In this document: in pieces, positions 17,005-25,515 of the stretch
How the letters are laid out: each line of letters starts with the position of its first letter
How positions within the stretch are numbered: the stretch's first letter is position 1
Source: a virus
Taxonomy: Duplodnaviria > Caudoviricetes
IMG/VR virus record: IMGVR_UViG_3300011334_000349
Span: 1 to 28,958 of that record
DNA length: 28,958 nucleotides
Reading direction: 5' to 3' (one strand)
Translations under genes and position numbers: made by a program
The notes under the pieces: generated by a model
The model's database searches: none
What the model was told of the DNA's origin: nothing
What the model saw: only the letters and a program-made list of their open reading frames with translations

Positions 17005-17334
17005 ATGAATTTTCAAGATCAAGTCAATCAAGCATTGGGAGAAATCCAAGAAATCCTTGTTTCTAAAAATGAGAAATACGGGAATAGTGCCCTTGAGCCA
17101 CTCGGAGTGTTTAGTCAACTATCTCCGGAGGAAGGTCTCAAGATTCGGATCGACGACAAATTAAAAAGGATCAAAAATGGAAGCCTTACCAAGGATGACG
17201 AGGATGTTGTCAACGATCTAATCGGCTACCTCATTTTATTAAAAATTCATGCAAAGCAAAGCATGATTGACAAGGCGATGAAAGGAGAAATTGGAAAGTG
17301 GAATTTTCACGATATAAATCTCGATGGAATATGA
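17005..17334 (+). CDS. Nucleotide-modification-associated domain 1 (Nmad1/DUF1599-like) protein
   Basis: 'KNEKYGNSA...RIDDKLKRI...EDVVNDLIGYLIL'. Confidence 0.78.
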   Translation: MNFQDQVNQALGEIQEILVSKNEKYGNSALEPLGVFSQLSPEEGLKIRIDDKLKRIKNGSLTKDDEDVVNDLIGYLILLKIHAKQSMIDKAMKGEIGKWNFHDINLDGI

Positions 17335-17531
17335 GTCCGGATATTTGTATGTGCATGGGGACAAATTGTCCCCACAAAGAAAGTTGTCACCGGTTTACCG
17401 CAAAGCCAAGTGAGTACCAAAGTTATTTCATGAAACCTCCAATCAAGGATGGCAAATGCGAAATGTATTGGGGAAATATTTCCGAGAGTATATGGACTCA
17501 ACTCAAGGAAATTGTCGAAGGTAAAGTTTAA
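17331..17531 (+). CDS. Small Cys-rich protein (66 aa)
   Basis: MSPDICMCMGTNCPHKESCHRF...CEMYW; ATGA overlap with the upstream stop. Confidence 0.7.
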   Translation: MSPDICMCMGTNCPHKESCHRFTAKPSEYQSYFMKPPIKDGKCEMYWGNISESIWTQLKEIVEGKV

Positions 17532-17545
17532 GATTTTTTACCTTC
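17517..17545. terminator. Inverted repeat between convergent genes (possible weak terminator)
   Basis: gaaggtaaa-N11-tttaccttc. Confidence 0.3.
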
Positions 17546-17581
17546 AAGGTTAAAAATGTAAATCCATTTTTATCTTATAAG

Positions 17582-17830
17582 TCAATCATTCAAGTCATCC
17601 TCTTGACTAAGGTGGATCAATTCGTCCCGAATCTCGGGATAGGTGCCACGAATTAGACATGAGGTATTATCGTAAAAAAAAATTACTTGGATATCATGGA
17701 CCAACTCTTGAACATATGCCACGTCATTGACTCTCACCATGCGACGGACAAACTCGTGTTTCACGTCCAATCCCAATTCTTTCCAATCCATTGTACTTCC
17801 GGAAAGCATGACGTCAATTTCAATCCACAT
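17582..17830 (-). CDS. Hypothetical protein
   Basis: 82 aa; last gene of the late leftward unit. Confidence 0.65.
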   Translation of the reverse strand: MWIEIDVMLSGSTMDWKELGLDVKHEFVRRMVRVNDVAYVQELVHDIQVIFFYDNTSCLIRGTYPEIRDELIHLSQEDDLND

Positions 17831-17831
17831 A

Positions 17832-18380
17832 TTAAAAAAGTTTTTTTGAAACGCTTATTTGATGCACTCTTTGCAATGGCTCAAATTCATATGAGAACAA
17901 ATACTTGTTGTCAAGATAGGAAAGTTTGGCACTCGGTTGCAACAAAGAAGTAATCCCAACACCCAAATAAATTCCTTTTGGTTTGACGGCAATTGTCGAT
18001 ACGTTGTCGATGGTTGTTGTGTTTGTCACGACCGGTAAAGAATACTCATTGATTGCGCTCATTTTCAAGACCTCTCCGAGGACTTCTCCGGTCACCTTAG
18101 TACTTCCATTCTCGAAAGGAAAGGAGGCCGTGAAGAGCCTAATTTTGGGCTTGTATTCTTTGATCGTTGTATCTCTTAAATACTTGGTTTTGATTTGAGT
18201 CTTTTCCAAATAAAGAGTATCGATTTTCTTGACAAATATTGTATCGGTTTCGGTTTTTGTGGTTGTCTTATATCTTGTTTCAATTTCTTTTTTCGGGAAC
18301 AAGATCACCGCCAAAACTATTCCGGCAAAGAAGGAGATCGCCGAAATTCTTGTCTTTTCATTATCAATTAAATCTTTCAT
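17832..18380 (-). CDS. Membrane-anchored protein, possible lysis accessory
   Basis: N-terminal TM helix, repeated DT motifs (TDTIF, IDTLY, RDTTI), beta-rich C-terminus ending in F. Confidence 0.55.
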   Translation of the reverse strand: MKDLIDNEKTRISAISFFAGIVLAVILFPKKEIETRYKTTTKTETDTIFVKKIDTLYLEKTQIKTKYLRDTTIKEYKPKIRLFTASFPFENGSTKVTGEVLGEVLKMSAINEYSLPVVTNTTTIDNVSTIAVKPKGIYLGVGITSLLQPSAKLSYLDNKYLFSYEFEPLQRVHQISVSKKLF

Positions 18381-18598
18381 TTTTCAAGATTAATATTTTC
18401 CTCAATAATCAAGTCGCGCAAATACTTTCGACATTCCTTATAAACATCATGTTGATGTTGAGGAATTTCCTCGTATTTCATCTTGGCTCGAAGCCATTGA
18501 TCCATCTCCCAAAGTACACTTCTCATCTTTGCCCCATCAATGGCATTTTCCCATTCATGATTTTCTTCCGGTAAATTGAATTCAAGTATTGCTTTCAT
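18377..18598 (-). CDS. Phage hypothetical protein
   Basis: 'MKAILEFNLPEE...LWEMDQWLR'; ATGA overlaps on both sides. Confidence 0.7.
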   Translation of the reverse strand: MKAILEFNLPEENHEWENAIDGAKMRSVLWEMDQWLRAKMKYEEIPQHQHDVYKECRKYLRDLIIEENINLEK

Positions 18599-19476
18599 AT
18601 AGGGAATTTGTGTGAGTCAATTAATACGTCATAACTTTCGCCTCCTTTTTTGCGATCGTATACTCCGTTGATCGTCAGAATCCTACCACCAATCGGCTTG
18701 ATTGGGGCGCCTCTTTCAACGTGCCATCCTCCGAAACCATCAACATATTCCTCCTTATATGTTCCGGTGATTGCCAAGTGAATGTCTTTTTGAATCAACT
18801 CATAGGTCCGCTTTCCGGTATTGTATTGAATCGAATCTCTCACATCATTACGGCTTGAGTTTTCGTGAATGTGGCCCATGATAAACACGTCCATATTCTC
18901 GTAAATCTCCAACGCCCTTGTCAAGTTTATTGCGCCGCGTGTAACCAAACCCCCGCCTCCTGCGCCATGATAATACTTCAAAAGTTTTGTCATGCTCGTA
19001 TTGGTCCGGATTTCCTTTCGGATAACAAGCCAACCTCCATATCCTCCGGTGAAGATATTACTCTTGTTTTTGTAGTTCATGAGATCAACGAACCTTTGGA
19101 GAAGATCGGTCTCTTGATACTTAATGATTGCGGTTTCGTGGTTGCCGTATCCGATGATTGTGAGAATGTGGGCGTATGGAGAAAACCAATCAACGGCGGT
19201 TTCAACTATTGAATCCAAATACTTAGCGTTGTTATGCTCGGGCCGAATGTCGGACTTATTTCCGCGCCGGTCGCCCTTGCCTTGCATGAGACAGAAAAAA
19301 TCGCCGTTGATCAAGACCGGAATGTTTTCTTTCAAACAATAGTCAAGATGTTTTTTCAACATTTCTCGATCACATTTTGGATTGTCCCAGTGTAGATCGG
19401 AAAGAATTGCAAGCCTTGTCTCTTCCTTTTTTAAGTTTAGAGTGTGAAGGTTGCGAGATACTTTTGTCAACTCCAT
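18595..19476 (-). CDS. Calcineurin-like metallophosphoesterase
   Basis: SDLH, NGD, GNHE, YHG and GHIH metal-binding motifs. Confidence 0.88.
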   Translation of the reverse strand: MELTKVSRNLHTLNLKKEETRLAILSDLHWDNPKCDREMLKKHLDYCLKENIPVLINGDFFCLMQGKGDRRGNKSDIRPEHNNAKYLDSIVETAVDWFSPYAHILTIIGYGNHETAIIKYQETDLLQRFVDLMNYKNKSNIFTGGYGGWLVIRKEIRTNTSMTKLLKYYHGAGGGGLVTRGAINLTRALEIYENMDVFIMGHIHENSSRNDVRDSIQYNTGKRTYELIQKDIHLAITGTYKEEYVDGFGGWHVERGAPIKPIGGRILTINGVYDRKKGGESYDVLIDSHKFPI

Positions 19477-19497
19477 GAAAAGAGGTTTTGGTTTATG

Positions 19498-19692
19498 TTA
19501 TTTGACAAAATTGCCAAACTTGGTGAGGATTGTATCCGGAGAAAATATCAAAACTAATCCGGCACCAATGCCAAATACGGCATCGGACCATTGTATTTCC
19601 TTAATAAATACCGAAGCAATTGAAGCGATGATGATAATCAATCCAAGAGTGGTGGTTTTCCATTGCTTTACGTTTCTTTTCACCTTATTCAT
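19498..19692 (-). CDS. Holin-like membrane protein
   Basis: 64 aa, two TM segments, 'WKTTTLG', directly after the amidase. Confidence 0.6.
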   Translation of the reverse strand: MNKVKRNVKQWKTTTLGLIIIIASIASVFIKEIQWSDAVFGIGAGLVLIFSPDTILTKFGNFVK

Positions 19693-20108
19693 AGGTTTCG
19701 ATATTCGGCTTTTGCATCAAAACAAGGACAAGCCTTATTTTGATTTGGGAAATCTCGATGTCCTTGGATGATTAAATTTTTATTATCGCTCCACTCCTTC
19801 ACTTCGGCAATACAATCGAGGATTGCTTTCTTTTGTTTATCGGTCCTATTGTCTATCGGCTTGCCCTCCTTGGTTATTCCTCCGATATAACTTATGTGAA
19901 TGGTGTGATTGTTAAATCCACGGACTCCGTTGGCTATCCCATCAAAAGGAAGGAGCCGGTTTATGGTCCCGTTTGGCTCGATAAGGAGATGATATCCAGG
20001 ATTTTTCCAACCCAAATGATCTTTCCAATACCTAAGAATTGCGGCAATTGTCGCGGTTGGTTGCGTTGCGGTGCAATGAATGGCGATGTATTTAATGGCT
20101 CTTTTCAT
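19689..20108 (-). CDS. Endolysin, N-acetylmuramoyl-L-alanine amidase (T7 lysozyme-like)
   Basis: IHCTAT, GYH, SYIGG, GHRDFP, KACPCFD. Confidence 0.93.
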   Translation of the reverse strand: MKRAIKYIAIHCTATQPTATIAAILRYWKDHLGWKNPGYHLLIEPNGTINRLLPFDGIANGVRGFNNHTIHISYIGGITKEGKPIDNRTDKQKKAILDCIAEVKEWSDNKNLIIQGHRDFPNQNKACPCFDAKAEYRNL

Positions 20109-20233
20109 CTCCCTTGACCTTTGTATTTTTTGACGTTCTTACCCTTTGGCGTGTTGGTGTTCTTTGCCTTTCCGGTTCGCTTTTTTCCAAACGAGGTCTT
20201 GACCTTTTCCGTGTTAATTTTAGCCTTTGCCAT
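20105..20233 (-). CDS. Small highly basic protein ending KKYKGQGR (42 aa, not in track)
   Basis: MAKAKINTEKVKTSFGKKRTGKAKNTNTPKGKNVKKYKGQGR; ATGA overlap with the amidase start. Confidence 0.7.
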   Translation of the reverse strand: MAKAKINTEKVKTSFGKKRTGKAKNTNTPKGKNVKKYKGQGR

Positions 20234-20414
20234 TGTCTTGATTTCTTTTGATTTCGTGCCGTATTTTATAACCCAAATACACTATTGAGAGGATCGAAAT
20301 GATGGAGGTAAAAACCACGTTAACAAATTGAAGGCCGGCAATGGTTGTCACATTTGCAAACATTGCAAGGAAGGTGGAGGGGACTCCTAATTCATCGCTT
20401 TTCAATAGATTCAT
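20220..20414 (-). CDS. Holin-like small membrane protein
   Basis: Hydrophobic core and charged C-terminus, upstream of the endolysin. Confidence 0.55.
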   Translation of the reverse strand: MNLLKSDELGVPSTFLAMFANVTTIAGLQFVNVVFTSIISILSIVYLGYKIRHEIKRNQDNGKG

Positions 20415-20418
20415 TTTT

Positions 20419-20853
20419 TTAAATAGTTGGTACTTGGCACAAATTCAATGGCATTGGACTTGTGATCTCAATTTCGATTGAAACACCGGCCGTGAAATCG
20501 TCAAATCTTTCTTGGAAAAACTCAACCGATGCTTGTGGTTGAGTATTAAAATTATACTCATTGTCAAGTTTTAATTTTGCCAACACGTCAAGAGCCACAA
20601 GAAGTTGATCACTTTGAATTTGCAATCGGTTGCTCTTGTCCTCGGTAAGTAAGTCGGCAAACAAAAGAACGAGTCGGTATCTCATGCTCATGTTTGAGTA
20701 TTGAGATGGCCGGACAACTACCCAAAAAACCGGATATACTATCTCGCCGCCATTGTCGGTATAATCGTAAATATCACCCTCGCCGAATGTCCGGATCATT
20801 GGATGATCTTCTTGGATTGCCTTGAGTTTTGATATTAGATTTGAGAGAGTCAT
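20419..20853 (-). CDS. Tail terminator/completion-like protein
   Basis: 144 aa, 'YPVFWV', 'FFQERFDDFTAG'; follows the adaptor gene. Confidence 0.55.
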   Translation of the reverse strand: MTLSNLISKLKAIQEDHPMIRTFGEGDIYDYTDNGGEIVYPVFWVVVRPSQYSNMSMRYRLVLLFADLLTEDKSNRLQIQSDQLLVALDVLAKLKLDNEYNFNTQPQASVEFFQERFDDFTAGVSIEIEITSPMPLNLCQVPTI

Positions 20854-20907
20854 CTTGTTTTGATAAGAATGATTTGAGTTTCTTTTCGTTTTTTGAGTAA
20901 GCCATTT

Positions 20908-21501
20908 TTAAAATGGTTTTTTATATCTATTCCCTTGGTATCTTTCGGAGTATGGTCGGTGATCTTCGTAATCACCACGGCCAAGATTTATGGCCACCTT
21001 GTATTGATTACTTACCGGTTGGATGGTGGTGACGTCAGATCCAGGATTTAAGTACTCCGGATAAAGAGTCGAGTTTGCGCACAAGTAATTGATTGAGCGC
21101 TCCGCGTACCATTCGGCATATCCCTTGTAATATTGACTTACACTTGACAACTCGGCAAAGGTCGGCTCGGTAATGTTCTCACTCTTGCGCTTGACCACTC
21201 CCTTGTTCACAAATTTGTATTGCATCGCCATTGGTAATTCACCAAGGACATAATTGAAAAGAGTGTCGGTAAGATAGTCGTCAAGCAAAGTACGATAAAC
21301 CGCGTTTCCCACGTCGGTAATTGTTCCGGCCACAATGAGATCAAGAATCTTGTCATATAGGGCCGTTCCAACTATTGGATGGATATACCGATCTTGAGTC
21401 ATTTTGATGACTTGGGTGACGTTCTTCAAGTCAATGTTCGCGGATGCGACAGTGAAGTCTTTGAAGGATTGCTCGGAAATCATTAATACGTTCGCGCTCA
21501 T
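20908..21501 (-). CDS. Head-tail adaptor / head completion protein
   Basis: 'QDRYIHPIVGTALYDKI...YLCANSTLYPEY'; translationally coupled to the portal. Confidence 0.6.
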   Translation of the reverse strand: MSANVLMISEQSFKDFTVASANIDLKNVTQVIKMTQDRYIHPIVGTALYDKILDLIVAGTITDVGNAVYRTLLDDYLTDTLFNYVLGELPMAMQYKFVNKGVVKRKSENITEPTFAELSSVSQYYKGYAEWYAERSINYLCANSTLYPEYLNPGSDVTTIQPVSNQYKVAINLGRGDYEDHRPYSERYQGNRYKKPF

Positions 21502-23540
21502 CTTGATTTATTTTCGACAACTACATTTCTTCTCCACTCATGACGACAAAATGGAGTTCTCTTTCCGGTGTTTGGATTTGTGTACCAACCTCCGCAAAGT
21601 TGAAAAACGGAATATCCAAGTTGATTGGAAATATTTTGAATTTCTTCACGAGTAAATAAAAGAGAGTCTCCTCCATTATATAAACGCTCGCACAATGGAC
21701 GGCTTCCGCTTATCGCATCCGGTACGTTTGGACGTTCCTCATATGAGTATAGTACTCGGAAAGAAGTCACCGGAGTGAGCCGCTTAATGGCCGCCTCGCC
21801 GGTCCTCGTAATCTTCCGAGTAATTAGTCCGGTATTTTTTATGTCCTCGGTGATCACATTGTCATCAATCAAGGTATTAATCCGATCAATGACAACCTTC
21901 TCGTCAATGCCGACCGCCTTGGATATTTCCGGAATGGTGACATTGGGATCGTTTTGTATTTGACTCAATATCTTTCTTTGCACCTCATTCAATTGATACT
22001 CGGCAAACAATTCTTGTTTGACAAATTCATCCATTGTGGAGGAGAAAACCATGCGGTCGTTTTGGATAACCTTGAAGCGATCACGGCTCATTCCTTTGCC
22101 CTCAAATAATGCGAGAATCTCTTCGTCCTTTTTTGTATGGGCGCAAGTCAAATGCATATGATCGCTCATCGTCAATTTGACATTCTCATTCAAGGTGGTA
22201 ATGATCTCGGCCTCGGCCGCTTTCTCCGGAGTAAGTACTTCCGTTTTTGCCGGCAATCCAATCAATGTTCGGAGTTCGTTGATGTCCATGCTCTCGACTA
22301 CCTTGGTGGCAATCAAAGGCGACAAACTATTCAATGAATTGATGATGTCTTGGGAACCAGCACTCTCTTTCTTTTCAATAGCAGCCAAACCTAACTTGGT
22401 TCGAATCTCGTCTTGAGTCATGTTTGCGGAAATGATCGCCTCGCTAAATTCAAAAGATATCGGCTCGGTTGGCTTCAATTCCAATTTGGCCGTGACATCG
22501 TTGAATTTATATAAGTAATTGATCGTCTCCTCAAGAGCGCGTTGTTTTGCGTTGATGTACGTGTTTTGAAATAATTGGTAAGCATCTCGCAACTCGCTTC
22601 TTCCTCCGAGTTGTCCTTCGGTTTTTATGCCGAATAAAAGTGGAGACGTGATTTTGTGTCCGGAGAATATTTCTTGTTGGACAGTCAAATTCAAAAGATC
22701 AAAATGTTTGTCCAATTCGGTACCACTTAGGTCAATGATTGACGGCTCGTTCTCCTTTGAATCATTGAAAGCGAGCATGAATTTGCCGGCGTTCTTTGAT
22801 CCGCTAAATTTATTTTGGAATTGTCTCTCAATGCGGTCCTCTTCCTCTTGGCTAACTTTGCCGCCATTAAGGTTGATCAACTTGCTTGAGAACATTCCGT
22901 TGTTTATGGTGTTCAAATGGTACTCCCCGATTGAAATATCAAGTTCGATGTAAGAAATGGCACCACGATAATCCGGCAAAGAGTAAGTATTTACACCGGC
23001 TCGATATTCTTTAAAGTATAGGATTTGTGATCCGGTTGGATTGTTTGGATCAAATGCCGGATAGGTATCAAAGTCCGGACGTGGATTGACGTTGTCGTTT
23101 TTGATCCAATTGTCCGAAACAAAAAACAAGGAATTATCCGCGTTCGTCCGCACCTTGTAATAATCGACATGATACATTTCCGCAATCTCTCCGGTCGCCT
23201 TGGTCCAAATGATTTGAAGATAATACCCTCCAAAGATTGTCAAGTCTGTCACCAACTTATTTGTCAACTCATTCAAGGATTCTTCTTTGGTGTTTACCTT
23301 GTCGATCATGCCAAACACCTTGGCCTTCTCCATTTCGTCGTCACTCTTTACATTCCAGCCATTGCCGGAAATGTAATCGACTTTTCCGGTCACAATTGCG
23401 TTGTGCTTTGCGGAATTATTATAAATGCGGAGAAGATAATTTGGGTAATCATTTTTCTCCCCATAAAAAATATAATCCTTGCCTTTGACCTCCTTATAAA
23501 TTGGAAGCGGTACTTGATCGAATTTTAAGAATTTTATCAT
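21498..23540 (-). CDS. Portal protein with C-terminal extension
   Basis: 'YGEKNDYP', 'SAKHNAIV', 'YSLPDY', 'KFSGSKNAGK', 'HKITSPLLFGI' portal motifs; 680 aa. Confidence 0.85.
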   Translation of the reverse strand: MIKFLKFDQVPLPIYKEVKGKDYIFYGEKNDYPNYLLRIYNNSAKHNAIVTGKVDYISGNGWNVKSDDEMEKAKVFGMIDKVNTKEESLNELTNKLVTDLTIFGGYYLQIIWTKATGEIAEMYHVDYYKVRTNADNSLFFVSDNWIKNDNVNPRPDFDTYPAFDPNNPTGSQILYFKEYRAGVNTYSLPDYRGAISYIELDISIGEYHLNTINNGMFSSKLINLNGGKVSQEEEDRIERQFQNKFSGSKNAGKFMLAFNDSKENEPSIIDLSGTELDKHFDLLNLTVQQEIFSGHKITSPLLFGIKTEGQLGGRSELRDAYQLFQNTYINAKQRALEETINYLYKFNDVTAKLELKPTEPISFEFSEAIISANMTQDEIRTKLGLAAIEKKESAGSQDIINSLNSLSPLIATKVVESMDINELRTLIGLPAKTEVLTPEKAAEAEIITTLNENVKLTMSDHMHLTCAHTKKDEEILALFEGKGMSRDRFKVIQNDRMVFSSTMDEFVKQELFAEYQLNEVQRKILSQIQNDPNVTIPEISKAVGIDEKVVIDRINTLIDDNVITEDIKNTGLITRKITRTGEAAIKRLTPVTSFRVLYSYEERPNVPDAISGSRPLCERLYNGGDSLLFTREEIQNISNQLGYSVFQLCGGWYTNPNTGKRTPFCRHEWRRNVVVENKSR

Positions 23541-23899
23541 GTGGTTGTGGTATAGGTTTTGAAATCACCATTATATCCGTTGTATCGAACAACTCCGGCC
23601 GTACTAAGATTTGGCGCGGTGAGTTGCATCTTTCCCGTTGCAATTACATCACTCCCGCTCTCGCTTTGTGTGACATTATATCTCCAAAACCCAATTGTTG
23701 ATTCTTCAAAGTGGGCCTCGGTAATGGTGAATAAAGATGCGCGATCTTTGAACTCACTTGTGTCGGTCAATGTCAAGGTCACATTTTCATTTGTCACTTC
23801 ATGGTTGAATGAGAAAATATAGACGTTGCTCGTTGTTTCTCGTTTGTCAGTTAGCGTAATAAAGAAAGAAGTGTTTTCTCCTTGTGGTATTGCGATCAT
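23537..23899 (-). CDS. Virion-associated hypothetical protein
   Basis: From ATG 23899 (MIAIPQG); beta-rich, ATGA overlap with the portal. The track's upstream start abuts a terminator. Confidence 0.6.
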   Translation of the reverse strand: MIAIPQGENTSFFITLTDKRETTSNVYIFSFNHEVTNENVTLTLTDTSEFKDRASLFTITEAHFEESTIGFWRYNVTQSESGSDVIATGKMQLTAPNLSTAGVVRYNGYNGDFKTYTTTT

Positions 23900-23932
23900 A
23901 ATTAGAAATATAAAATGGGGAAAGATGTACAC

Positions 23933-23960
23933 AAAAAAAACGCCCCCAAACCGGAGGCGC
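23933..23960 (-). terminator. Rho-independent terminator after the major tail gene
   Basis: CGCCTCC-GGTTT-GGGGGCG followed by T8. Confidence 0.8.
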
Positions 23961-23987
23961 TTTTATCATCAAACCTAAAACCAAAAA

Positions 23988-24491
23988 TTAATCCAAAGGA
24001 GGAGTTCCGGTGAACAATCCGGCCAACTCTTTTTCATTACCGGTAAAGGTTAGAGTGTACCCGTTACGATCACCAAACGCGGTTCCCGTAGCCGACCCAC
24101 CACCGGTGATGTCAAGACCATTTTGGAAACCAAGAATCCACATCTTGTCATTGTTATCTTTAACCAATGCAACCAAGTTGTTTTTCGCAAGAAGAAGAAT
24201 CTCGTTGCGTGTGTTCACTTGCAATTTGTTCAAGATAATCTCAAGAGTCTGAGTATAGAAAACTGTCCCGTTTTGGACGTTTGTGTTTACCGCTTCCGCA
24301 AAGTTTGAACTCTCTTTTACGAGTTCATACTTCCAAAAGTATTTTCCGGTTTCCATTGTTACGCCGGTATAAGTTCCGGCCGATCCGGTCCATGATGCCA
24401 CATCTTCAACCGCGGCGAAGTATACTTCCTTCAAGCCACCGATTGAATCCTTGCAATCCAAGGTATAATTTTGAGTCAACGCACAAGGCAT
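23988..24491 (-). CDS. Major tail (tube) protein
   Basis: 'CKDSIGGLKEVYF...GTAFGDRNGYTLTFTGNE'; directly after the capsid gene, with its own terminator. Confidence 0.65.
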   Translation of the reverse strand: MPCALTQNYTLDCKDSIGGLKEVYFAAVEDVASWTGSAGTYTGVTMETGKYFWKYELVKESSNFAEAVNTNVQNGTVFYTQTLEIILNKLQVNTRNEILLLAKNNLVALVKDNNDKMWILGFQNGLDITGGGSATGTAFGDRNGYTLTFTGNEKELAGLFTGTPPLD

Positions 24492-24512
24492 ATATCTATC
24501 GTTTAGAGTGTG

Positions 24513-24545
24513 AAAAAAGGGGAGAAGGAAAATCCTCTCCCCCTT
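24513..24545 (-). terminator. Rho-independent terminator after the capsid gene
   Basis: GGGGAGAGGA-TTT-TCCTTCTCCCC followed by T6. Confidence 0.8.
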
Positions 24546-24552
24546 ATTTTAT

Positions 24553-25509
24553 TTAAGGTGCAACGTATTTTTTCCAGAACACTACCTCGTCTGGGAATGC
24601 GATCTGAACACCTAATTTGAACTCAACAACAAATCGCATTTCGTCTGCCTCCTTGGCGAAGAACAACTCAAAGCGGTCCTGCTCGTTCAGAAGGTCGGTT
24701 CCGAGGTACAAGTTTGACATTGACAATCCAACCAAGTAGTCGGTACCATTCAAACCATTTACGCCGATCAACTTGACGTTGGTTCCAGGGACGATCAATT
24801 CCATGTTTGCGGCATCAACCGGATAATGGAAATAATTTCCTTCTCTCAAGGCGATCACATATTCACGGAAAGTGTCGTTTCCGCAGAAGATAACGACGTC
24901 TTGCTTGTCCAACAAAGCGGCCGGAAGAGCCAAGAATACCGCATCAACCGCGGCGATTACGTTCGCGCTTGTCAATGTAGTTACTTGAGCGGAGTTTCCG
25001 TTGATAGGATCACCGGCACCACCAAAACCAAGGGCGTTGATGATTGTTGCAATTCCGTTGAACTTGTTCAATTGAGCATTACCGGAACCGGTATCACCTT
25101 GCCAAATTGCGGTTTCCAAAGCGGCTCCAATTCTCTCCACCTTTTGAGCGGAATACTCGGCGCCATATGCCATGTAATCGTAAGTCGATCCCTCTCTCAA
25201 AGCCTTTTGAGTATACTTCGCTTCAAATGCCTTTGGGCAAATTGATTCTTGTACCTTGATCTTGCCCACTGTCAACACTCTCTGAGTGATTGAAGTCGTT
25301 CCGCTTGAAGAGAAACCGCAAGTTCCTCCCGCTTGGAACACGGCATCGGTTGTCATGATGTTGATTGTCTCGGCGGATTTGATACCCACTTGAACGTTTC
25401 CTTGTGCCTCGATGAGAGATGCAGTTTTTGCGGAGAAGATTGCCGCGGACGTAAGTTGGAGTTCGTTCTCCTTTACGTAGTTAGTTAAACCGGTTAAGTC
25501 TAGTGCCAT
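24553..25509 (-). CDS. Major capsid protein
   Basis: 318 aa after protease and scaffold; 'ETAIWQGD...KFNG', 'YLGTDLL' motifs; followed by a terminator. Confidence 0.85.
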   Translation of the reverse strand: MALDLTGLTNYVKENELQLTSAAIFSAKTASLIEAQGNVQVGIKSAETINIMTTDAVFQAGGTCGFSSSGTTSITQRVLTVGKIKVQESICPKAFEAKYTQKALREGSTYDYMAYGAEYSAQKVERIGAALETAIWQGDTGSGNAQLNKFNGIATIINALGFGGAGDPINGNSAQVTTLTSANVIAAVDAVFLALPAALLDKQDVVIFCGNDTFREYVIALREGNYFHYPVDAANMELIVPGTNVKLIGVNGLNGTDYLVGLSMSNLYLGTDLLNEQDRFELFFAKEADEMRFVVEFKLGVQIAFPDEVVFWKKYVAP

Positions 25510-25515
25510 TTTTTT

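Noticed and set aside
16857-17006. N-terminal extension of the 113-aa ORF 16665-17006
   Set aside because: It crosses the AT-rich divergent promoter region; ATG 16856 follows the conserved leader and is the better start.
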